The position numbers and the translations under genes are program-made. The notes under the pieces are model-generated. The model ran no database searches. It was not told the DNA's origin and saw only the letters and a list, made by a program, of their open reading frames with translations. From positions 1 through 43,252 of the forward strand of contig JBIOXB010000252.1 in assembly GCA_044869275.1 (NCBI GenBank): DNA of 43,252 nt, read 5' to 3'. This document shows, piece after piece, positions 36,364 to 43,252 of the stretch. This DNA comes from a bacterium. GTDB taxonomy: Bacteria; Zhuqueibacterota; Zhuqueibacteria; Zhuqueibacterales; Zhuqueibacteraceae. Numbering within the stretch: the first letter of the stretch is position 1; each line of letters begins with the position of its first letter.

Positions 36364-36389
36364 ATAACGAATCCAAAGTAGATTGTCAA
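36361..36389 (-). promoter_or_regulatory. Sigma70-type promoter of the carbohydrate locus
   Basis: Minus strand TTGACA (36389-36384), 17-bp spacer, TATTAT (36366-36361). Confidence 0.8.
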
Positions 36390-36623
36390 GATAAAAATGA
36401 CATGCAGGCATTTCATGATGCACTCTTCTGAGAAATCTTCACATGCTGTCGGGAATCTTTATTATATTCAGCATCTTGGTACAGATGTTTTACGACGACT
36501 TTTGTGTTCGCTATGAAATTTGATTATCTTGCTCTCACTTCACCACGAAAGACACGAAAGCAGGGAGAGCTCATGACTACTCCGCTCGTGCTTTTAACCG
36601 ATATCCTGCAAAAAAAACCCGAA

Positions 36624-36732
36624 GATAGAAAGATGTAGGGCAGAAAAATGTTTCTCGCTGGCCCGATCCCGGCACTCATCTGCCTACGGGCATGAGATCT
36701 ATTGCTATCTTTCTGTCCTTCATTTTTCTGTC
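36624..36732. repeat. GACAGAAAAAT-family inverted repeat
   Basis: gatagaaagatgtagggcagaaaaatg and atctttctgtccttcatttttctgtc. Confidence 0.7.
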
Positions 36733-36835
36733 TTGGCTTTTGCTCAATCCGAGGCAACATTGCCAAATTGTCTATTGTTCTCAATCAATCAGTGGCTCAT
36801 AAAGTTTTTCCGTTGCAATAACCAGCAGAAAAGCT

Positions 36836-38149
36836 ATGTCCATGTCCAAGTTCAGTGCGGTTTATCGATGCTTCAACGGATGCGCGGGCGAGTACGGATT
36901 GAACGAGCTGATTTATCGCTGTCCACAATGCCAGGATCTGCTCGAAGTCGCGCATGACCTGCAAGCACTCAGCGCCATCTCGCCGCCGGAATGGCAGCGC
37001 CGCTTCGCAGCGCACACCTTCGCTTCGGGCGTCTGGAACAAAAAAGAGTGGGTGCATCCGGCCTTGCGCGAGGAGAATATCGTCACCTTCGGCGAGGGCA
37101 ACACTCCTCTCCTGCCCGCGCCGCGCTTTGCCGAACATTTCGGTTTGGAACATTTGTGGATCAAGCTTTGCGGCCACAGCCACACCGGGTCGTTCAAAGA
37201 TTTAGGCATGACGGTATTGGTTTCGCAAGTCAAGCAAATGATCCATGAGGGAAAAAGAATTCGCGCCGTGATTTGCGCCTCGACCGGCGACACCTCTGCT
37301 GCGCTCGCGGCTTATTGTGCCGCCGCGAAAGTTCCGGCGGTAGTGCTGTTGCCCGCCGATAAAATCAGCCCGGCGCAGCTGATTCAACCCATCGCCCACG
37401 GCGCGTTGACGCTGGCACTGGAGACGGATTTTGACGGCTGCATGCAGATCGTGAAAAAACTGGCGGAGCAGCCGGATTTTTATCTTGCCAATTCCATGAA
37501 CTCGCTGCGGTTGGAAGGACAAAAGACGGTCGCCATCGAAATCGCGCAACAACTGGCATGGGAAGCACCAGATTGGGTGATTTTGCCGGGCGGCAATCTC
37601 GGCAATGTTTCTGCGGTGGGAAGTGGTTTCCTCATGATGCGACAACTGGGATTGATCGACCGCTTACCGCGTCTGGTCTGTGCACAAGCAGAACATGCCA
37701 ATCCCTTGTATGAGAGCTTCCAAAACGGCTGGCGTGAATTTCACCCTCAGCTCGCGCGCACTACTCTCGCCAGCGCGATTCAGATCGGGAACCCCGTCAG
37801 CGTGAAGAAAGCGATCAAAATCTTGAAAGAGTTTGGCGGCGTGGTGGAACAGGCGAGTGAAGAAGAACTGGCGAATGCCGCCGCCTTAGCCGACCGTGAC
37901 GGATTCTTCTGCTGTCCGCAAACTGGCGTGGCGCTGGCGGCCTTGATCAAGCTGGCAGAGAAGGGGGTGATTCAAAAGGAAGATCGTGTGGTTGTCATTT
38001 CCACCGCGAGCGGGCTGAAATTTGCGGACTTCAAGATCGGCTATCATCGGGAGATTTTGCAGGGTGTGAGCGCGCGTTATGCGAATCGCGTCCAAACATT
38101 GCCGCCTGACTTGGAACGCGTGCTCGCCGCCCTTCCCCGGGCGAACTAA
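36836..38149 (+). CDS. thrC: Threonine synthase
   Basis: GEGNTPL, PLP-lysine motif HTGSFKDLGM, CASTGDTSAALAAY, NSMNSLRLEGQKT, PGGNLGN and STASGLKF; N-terminal CxxC pair. Confidence 0.95.
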   Translation: MSMSKFSAVYRCFNGCAGEYGLNELIYRCPQCQDLLEVAHDLQALSAISPPEWQRRFAAHTFASGVWNKKEWVHPALREENIVTFGEGNTPLLPAPRFAEHFGLEHLWIKLCGHSHTGSFKDLGMTVLVSQVKQMIHEGKRIRAVICASTGDTSAALAAYCAAAKVPAVVLLPADKISPAQLIQPIAHGALTLALETDFDGCMQIVKKLAEQPDFYLANSMNSLRLEGQKTVAIEIAQQLAWEAPDWVILPGGNLGNVSAVGSGFLMMRQLGLIDRLPRLVCAQAEHANPLYESFQNGWREFHPQLARTTLASAIQIGNPVSVKKAIKILKEFGGVVEQASEEELANAAALADRDGFFCCPQTGVALAALIKLAEKGVIQKEDRVVVISTASGLKFADFKIGYHREILQGVSARYANRVQTLPPDLERVLAALPRAN

Positions 38150-38192
38150 GAATCATAAGCAACCACAGCATGGCCCGGACAAGCCGGAACGC

Positions 38193-38273
38193 CAAAACTC
38201 AAAGCACAAAATCCAAAGCACAATGTCCAAGACTGGTTTTTGAGTTTTGAGCTTTGGATTTTGGATTTCTTTG
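38193..38273. repeat. Inverted heptamer tandem-repeat hairpin downstream of thrC
   Basis: caaaact/caaagca/caaaatc/caaagca/caatgtc followed by tttgagt/tttgagc/tttggat/tttggat. Confidence 0.8.
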
Positions 38274-38290
38274 CTCAAAAAGCATAGATT

Positions 38291-38431
38291 TCACTTGTAT
38301 AATGTGTCTTCGATTTTTTGATCCATGAACAACAATGAGGCGTTCAAAGCTTCGACCAATTTTCGCGCTTCTTGAACAACCAGTGTTTTTTCCAACGAAT
38401 CCCTTATCTCGACCGGTATGGCTGCAGACAT
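38291..38431 (-). pseudogene. 46-aa ORF, possibly a truncated DUF1640/CCDC90-like coiled-coil gene
   Basis: Hand-translated as MSAAIPVEIRDSLEKTLVVQEARKLVEALNASLLFMDQKIEDTLYK*. It is below the ORF-track cutoff, and its stop abuts the repeat element. Confidence 0.35.
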
Positions 38432-38655
38432 TGTTCGACCCCCGCTTCTTGAAAGTGCGCGAGAAAACTACTAAAAATATTGCCTCTGCCAGAAATGATC
38501 AACTAACCATGGTTACATACATGTCCAAAACAACGATAATTCTCCAAGAAAGTCAACCTCTTTTTCCAGCAATCATCATCAAACAAACTCTCATCGAGAT
38601 CCGATTCTTTGCGGGCGTGCTTCGTAGGTTCACAAATATCACCAGGAATTTTTGC

Positions 38656-38684
38656 TTGACACGTTGCTGTGCTACCATTATTGT
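38656..38684 (+). promoter_or_regulatory. Putative sigma70 promoter of the MFS gene
   Basis: TTGACA, 17-bp spacer, TATTGT. Confidence 0.55.
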
Positions 38685-38735
38685 TTTACTATTTGACGTA
38701 AGCTTCAGCAATACCTGTGCAAAAGAGGTTCCGCA

Positions 38736-39998
38736 TTGACCCCCTTTCTCACCTTTCGCGCATTGCGCCATCGCAACTATCGCCTGTTTTTCCTGGGGCA
38801 GATCATCTCCTTTGCCGGCACCTGGATGCACAACACGGCGCAAGGCTGGCTCGTCTACGATTTAACGCATTCTTCCGCCTGGCTGGGAGTCGTCGGGTTT
38901 CTGAGCTTTTTACCCTATTCAATTTTCTCTTTACTCGGCGGCAGCGTTGCAGATCGCCTCGACAAGCGGCGTCTGATCGTCGTCACCCAGACCGTTGCTT
39001 TGTTTTTGGCTCTGCTTTATGCCGTCTTGGTATGGGAACAGTGGATTCACGTCGCTGGCATTGCCCTGCTCGCGTTTGCACTGGGCGTGGTCAATGCTTT
39101 CGACACGCCTGCGCGGCAAGCGTTCGTAATCGAGCTCGTCGGTAAAGAGGATCTGCAAAACGGCATCGCGTTAAACTCCGCCATGTTCAATGCCGCGCGC
39201 ATGCTCGGCCCGGCCCTGGCCGGAATCGTGATCGCAAAATTCGGCGTGGCGTGGTGCTTGTTTGCCAACGCCGCGTCCTTTCTTCCCGCCATTGTAACCT
39301 TGTTGATGCTTCGCTTTCCCGCTACCGCTGCCCAGCCAGCAGTGCAGCACTTTCCGTTTTTGCGCGCACAGCGCGAAATCTGGCATTACATTAAAAACGC
39401 CCCGGCGATCGCGGGACTGCTGATATTGGTGGGCGTCACCACGATCTTTGGCTGGTCATTTATCGTGGTGCTGCCGGTTTTCGCCGAGGAAATATTGGGA
39501 GGCGGTGCCCGTGAGTTAGGCCATCTGCTTTCAGCCAGCGGTTTGGGCGCGCTGGCGAGCGCGATGACGGTGGCAGTTTTGGGTAATCGTTTTCGCCCGC
39601 GCCAATTACTCCTGGCGGGGCTGGCCATCTATGTCTTGGCCATCGCCATTTTCGCGCTTTCGCAGCATCCCTGGTTGTCCCGCGCAGCTTTGACTTTCGT
39701 CGGTTTCGGCTTGATTATGTTTTACGTGAACTGTAATACCGCATTGCAGCGCCGCGTGCCGGATCATTTGCGCGGCCGGGTCATGGGAATTTATGTGATG
39801 TGCTATGGCGGCTTGATGCCCCTCGGCAGCCTGCAAGTGGGATTGGTTTCAGAAAAAATCGGCGCCCCCGCTGCGTTATTGTTGAATGCCGGCGTGTGTG
39901 CGCTGGCCGGCGGCCTCGCTTTCCGAATAATTGCACGCCATGCTGCTGCGGGGCACAAATCACCCGTCATTGCGGCTGTGGAAGAACCACTGGGATAG
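38736..39998 (+). CDS. MFS transporter (MFS_3 / H+ antiporter-like)
   Basis: FRALRHRNYRLFFLGQIIS, GGSVADRLDKRRL, FDTPARQAF and VPDHLRGRVMG; about 12 TM segments; TTG start after GAGG. Confidence 0.92.
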   Translation: MTPFLTFRALRHRNYRLFFLGQIISFAGTWMHNTAQGWLVYDLTHSSAWLGVVGFLSFLPYSIFSLLGGSVADRLDKRRLIVVTQTVALFLALLYAVLVWEQWIHVAGIALLAFALGVVNAFDTPARQAFVIELVGKEDLQNGIALNSAMFNAARMLGPALAGIVIAKFGVAWCLFANAASFLPAIVTLLMLRFPATAAQPAVQHFPFLRAQREIWHYIKNAPAIAGLLILVGVTTIFGWSFIVVLPVFAEEILGGGARELGHLLSASGLGALASAMTVAVLGNRFRPRQLLLAGLAIYVLAIAIFALSQHPWLSRAALTFVGFGLIMFYVNCNTALQRRVPDHLRGRVMGIYVMCYGGLMPLGSLQVGLVSEKIGAPAALLLNAGVCALAGGLAFRIIARHAAAGHKSPVIAAVEEPLG

Positions 39999-40025
39999 CA
40001 GCAAGCGCAGCGTGGGAGTTTTTGC

Positions 40026-40054
40026 TTGACATCCTGCTTCACCCCAATTATCAT
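40026..40054 (+). promoter_or_regulatory. Putative sigma70 promoter of the DUF962 / nucleotidase pair
   Basis: TTGACA, 17-bp spacer, TATCAT; AGGAGG RBS downstream. Confidence 0.7.
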
Positions 40055-40080
40055 TTACGCACTCAATTCAAGGAGGAAGC

Positions 40081-40386
40081 ATGGAAACCCGCTTTCAATC
40101 TTTCACAGATTTCTATCCCTATTATCTCGGTGAGCATAGCGACGCCAAATGCCGCCGCCTGCATTTTGCCGGCAGCGCTTTGGTGCTGGTAATTTTGGCC
40201 TATGCCATTTTTACGCAAAGATGGCTCGCGCTCGCGGCGTTGCCTCTCGTGGGTTACGGCTTTGCCTGGATCGGCCATTTTATCTTCGAAAAGAACCGTC
40301 CCGCCACTTTCAAATATCCGCTCTACAGCCTGATGGGCGACTGGGTCATGTTCAAGGATATTTTGATCGGCAAGGTCAAAATATGA
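40081..40386 (+). CDS. DUF962 (Mpo1-like) membrane protein
   Basis: FYPYYLGEH, RRLHFAG and GYGFAWIGHFIFEKNRPATFKYPLYSLMGDW. Confidence 0.93.
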   Translation: METRFQSFTDFYPYYLGEHSDAKCRRLHFAGSALVLVILAYAIFTQRWLALAALPLVGYGFAWIGHFIFEKNRPATFKYPLYSLMGDWVMFKDILIGKVKI

Positions 40387-42347
40387 AAACCAGTCAACCT
40401 TTCATTCTTTTCACTTTCATTCTTATCGCTTCTTCGGCCGAGGCGCAAAACCAACCAAGGCGTTTGACCATCGTTCATACCAATGATTTGCAGTCGCGCT
40501 TGCTGGGATTCGGGCCGAATCGAGAATACACCCCCGAAATCACCGGCGACGACGCCACCCTCGGCGGCCTCGCGCGCATTGCCACGGTGATCAAAAACCT
40601 GAAAGAAAAATCTCCGGAAACGACTTTGGTTATCGACGGCGGCGATTTTCTCATGGGCACGCTGTTTCACACCATCGCGCGCGAAGAGAGTGCGGAATTA
40701 CGTCTCATGCATGCCATCGGTTATGACGCTGCGACGTTGGGCAATCATGAATTTGATTATCGTCCCGAAGGTTTGGCAAAGATCATACAAGCGGCAATGG
40801 CGAAAGGCGGTTTGCCGCCGCTGGTACTGGCGAATGCGGTTTTCAGCGAGAGCGATGCGCGCGATGATGCGCTGCAGACGTTATTCCAGCAAGGCCTGGT
40901 CAAAGCATATCGCCTCTACGAACGCAACGGCCTCAAGATTGGCATCTTCGGTCTGATGGGAATAGATGCGGCGGAGGTTTCGCCTTTTGCCGCGCCCATG
41001 CAGTTTGCGGATCCGATTGCCACGGCAAAGCAAATCGTCGCAACGCTGCACGAGAGAGAAAAAGTCGACGTGGTGATTTGCGCTTCGCATGGCGGCGTTT
41101 GGCGTGAACATGAGGCGGCCGATTGGCACGGGGAAGATCTCGACCTCGCCGCGCAAGTGCCGGGCATCGACGTCATCGTCGGCGGGCATTCACACACCTT
41201 GCTGCCCGAGCCGCTGCGGGTGCGCAACACCCTCATTCTCCAAGCCGGAGCGGAAGCGCGATATGTCGGCGTGCTGGATGTGGAAATTCTTGAGGCCAGT
41301 GTGGCGTTACAGGAATATCGCACCGTCAAAATAGATGACACGATTCCAGCAGACACGAGTATTCAATCCGAAGTCGAACGCTGTGAGCAAATCGTCAACC
41401 AAAAAATCCTATCGCCGTATGGCTATGCTTTCGACCAAGTGCTTGCGGAGACGGCGTTTGATTTGCGCATTGCCGAAGACAATTCCAATCTCGGCAATCT
41501 GGTGAGTGATGCGATGCGCTGGGGCATCGATCGCTATGAATACGACCCGCGACGCCCGCATACGCGCACCGCGATCGTGATCGAGTCGAATGGCATGATT
41601 CGTGACGACATTCTCAAAGGGCAAACCGGCGTTCTGCAGGTTTCAGATTTATTCCGGGTCGTGCCTCTGGGCCTCGGCATGGTGGAAGACACGCCCGGCT
41701 ATCCCCTGGTGAGCTTTTATTTGACTGCGGCCGAGATCAAACGCGCGCTGGAAGTTTTGACCACCCTGCATCCGCTCAAAGGCTCGAGCTATTATCTTCA
41801 GCCTGCGGGTTTAAAGTTTGAGTACAATCCGCGCCGGATGCTGTTTGATCGTGTGATGGCCGTCCAAATCGAGGATGGACAAGGGGAATATCGGAACCTC
41901 GATCTTTCTTCACAAAATCGCGCACTGTACAAAGTGGGCTGCAACTTTTACGTCGCCACGTTCATCAAAATTGTCGGGGATTTCACCTACGACTTGCTGC
42001 GCATCGTGCCCAAGGACAGTTCGGGCAAACCCGTGCGAGATTTGCAGTCCGTTTTGGTCGATGCCGATCCCGGCAAGAGTGGCATACAAGAAGTGAAGCA
42101 ATGGGAAGCTCTATTCGCCTACACACGTACCTTTCAAGACCATGATGGCGACGGCATTCCAGAAATACCGGAAAAATATCGCCGCGCCCAGCCGAGGATC
42201 ACCAGCAGATCGAGCTGGAATCCCACGCTGCTCTATCAAAACGCGACCTATGTCATGTGGGGCAGCACGGCGGCAATGGGGTCTTTGCTTGTCATCGCCG
42301 CGCTGCTGCTGCGTTTTTTTTCAAGTGCACGTAAACGAGCCGTTTGA
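40383..42347 (+). CDS. 5'-nucleotidase / UDP-sugar hydrolase family protein with a C-terminal membrane anchor
   Basis: ATG 40383 overlaps the DUF962 stop (ATGA). Signal peptide; HTND, GGLARIA, DGGD, GNHEFD, SH, GGHSH and NLGNLVSDA motifs; C-terminal TM helix with a basic tail. Confidence 0.9.
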   Translation: MKTSQPFILFTFILIASSAEAQNQPRRLTIVHTNDLQSRLLGFGPNREYTPEITGDDATLGGLARIATVIKNLKEKSPETTLVIDGGDFLMGTLFHTIAREESAELRLMHAIGYDAATLGNHEFDYRPEGLAKIIQAAMAKGGLPPLVLANAVFSESDARDDALQTLFQQGLVKAYRLYERNGLKIGIFGLMGIDAAEVSPFAAPMQFADPIATAKQIVATLHEREKVDVVICASHGGVWREHEAADWHGEDLDLAAQVPGIDVIVGGHSHTLLPEPLRVRNTLILQAGAEARYVGVLDVEILEASVALQEYRTVKIDDTIPADTSIQSEVERCEQIVNQKILSPYGYAFDQVLAETAFDLRIAEDNSNLGNLVSDAMRWGIDRYEYDPRRPHTRTAIVIESNGMIRDDILKGQTGVLQVSDLFRVVPLGLGMVEDTPGYPLVSFYLTAAEIKRALEVLTTLHPLKGSSYYLQPAGLKFEYNPRRMLFDRVMAVQIEDGQGEYRNLDLSSQNRALYKVGCNFYVATFIKIVGDFTYDLLRIVPKDSSGKPVRDLQSVLVDADPGKSGIQEVKQWEALFAYTRTFQDHDGDGIPEIPEKYRRAQPRITSRSSWNPTLLYQNATYVMWGSTAAMGSLLVIAALLLRFFSSARKRAV

Positions 42348-42508
42348 GATCATCCATAGCCAATTTTTTTGAACGCGGATTGGGCGGATTCTCGCGGATT
42401 GTTGTTTTATCAGTGAAAACCCATCTCGTCTGACCAGTCGGTTATGTAATTTGTTCTGCTCCGCCGAATACTGTGGTAAGTTTTCAATTAACAACCGACC
42501 AGTCTGAA

Positions 42509-42539
42509 ACTGACCGGTCACTTGAAGTGACCGGTCAGT
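42509..42539. repeat. Perfect palindrome directly upstream of the transposase (candidate cognate REP)
   Basis: actgaccggtcactt-g-aagtgaccggtcagt has perfect 15-bp arms, each containing the self-palindrome tgaccggtca. Confidence 0.85.
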
Positions 42540-42559
42540 AAACAATGGGAGGAACCAAC

Positions 42560-43135
42560 ATGCCAGCTCGCTATCAAGAATTCCAAGCCGGGGAATATTA
42601 CCATATTTACCACCGCGGCGCCAACCGCCAAAAGATTTTCTTTGAATCGGAAAACTATCTGTACTGCTTGCGTCTCGTCAATAAATATCGCCAATTACTT
42701 GCCATGAATGTCGTCGCCTACTGCCTGATGCCCAATCATTTTCACTTTTTGCTCCAACCACAAGAGACTGGCAATCTATCCGGCTTCATGCATCGGCTGC
42801 AAGTCAGTTACGCCCAGGCCATCAACAAACGCTACCAACGCACCGGGCCCCTTTTCAGCGACCGCGAACGCTTTCAACATAAACACGTTTACAGCGAGCG
42901 TTATCAAATCTTGCTATGCCGGTATATCCACGTCAACCCGTTGAAAGATGGTTTGGTGCAGCGGTTGGAGGATTGGGCGTTTTCAAATTACTTCGAGTTT
43001 ATCGAAACCCGGAGAGGGGAACTTCTCGTATCAGATTTTCGTGAGCGCTTTTTCTCGACACCGGCCGCTTACGAGGAGTTTGTCGCGGCTTATGGTACAG
43101 AAGAAGATAAAGAATTGGAGAGGTGGTTAACTTGA
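42560..43135 (+). CDS. REP-associated tyrosine transposase (RAYT, Y1/HUH, IS200-like)
   Basis: YYHIYHRG, AYCLMPNHFHFLL (HUH), YIHVNP (catalytic Tyr) and DWAFSN; GGAGG RBS before ATG 42560. Confidence 0.88.
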   Translation: MPARYQEFQAGEYYHIYHRGANRQKIFFESENYLYCLRLVNKYRQLLAMNVVAYCLMPNHFHFLLQPQETGNLSGFMHRLQVSYAQAINKRYQRTGPLFSDRERFQHKHVYSERYQILLCRYIHVNPLKDGLVQRLEDWAFSNYFEFIETRRGELLVSDFRERFFSTPAAYEEFVAAYGTEEDKELERWLT

Positions 43136-43252
43136 CTATGTCACATTTGAATTGACTTTTTTCAGCTTTTGTTGCATCAACTATAGCCGCCAATAGCTCG
43201 CTGCCTTCACCAAAAAGGCTGCGCGATGCGATCGTTTCGACTGCGGGTGTCA

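Noticed and set aside
36400..36830. Threonine leader, attenuator or riboswitch upstream of thrC
   Set aside because: I saw no Thr-rich leader peptide or recognisable riboswitch. The visible structure is explained by the GACAGAAAAAT repeat family.
38335..38739. 134-aa + strand ORF between thrC and the MFS gene
   Set aside because: It has no motifs, is AT-rich, and spans the putative MFS promoter.
42372..42400. gcggatt x3 short direct repeat
   Set aside because: It is a single arm with no convincing inverted partner, so it is too weak to call as an element.
43136..43252. Possible 3' end of a minus-strand gene entering from outside the window
   Set aside because: It is too short to determine the frame or product.

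Overview
The window is dominated by a co-directional minus-strand carbohydrate-utilisation locus of about 30 kb (36152 to 6098). In transcription order it encodes: a LacI repressor with a clear sigma70 promoter and palindromic operators; a Zn-dependent polyol dehydrogenase; a secreted non-catalytic protein with three ~350-aa CBM-like tandem repeats; a TonB-dependent receptor with no SusD; a large Ca-binding protein with a secretion-type C-terminal domain; a PorV-like barrel; an uncharacterised (alpha/alpha)6 glycosidase-like protein; a sugar ABC binding protein and two permeases; two paralogous uncharacterised (alpha/alpha)6 proteins; a GH130 phosphorylase resembling beta-1,2-mannoside phosphorylases; a HAD phosphatase; a GH2 beta-mannosidase; and a PPIase-like protein. 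Downstream are glgP, a membrane-anchored tri-heme cytochrome c, a PEGA protein and an EEP hydrolase. The right end (+ strand) carries thrC, an MFS transporter, a DUF962 protein, a 5'-nucleotidase and a REP-associated tyrosine transposase. Most larger intergenic gaps hold palindromic elements of several families, including three hairpins built from inverted octamer microsatellite arms. T9SS-like cargo combined with TTGACA promoters and Shine-Dalgarno sites suggests a non-Bacteroidota FCB-group organism such as KSB1 (inference). Family assignments come from motif recognition, and no searches were run.
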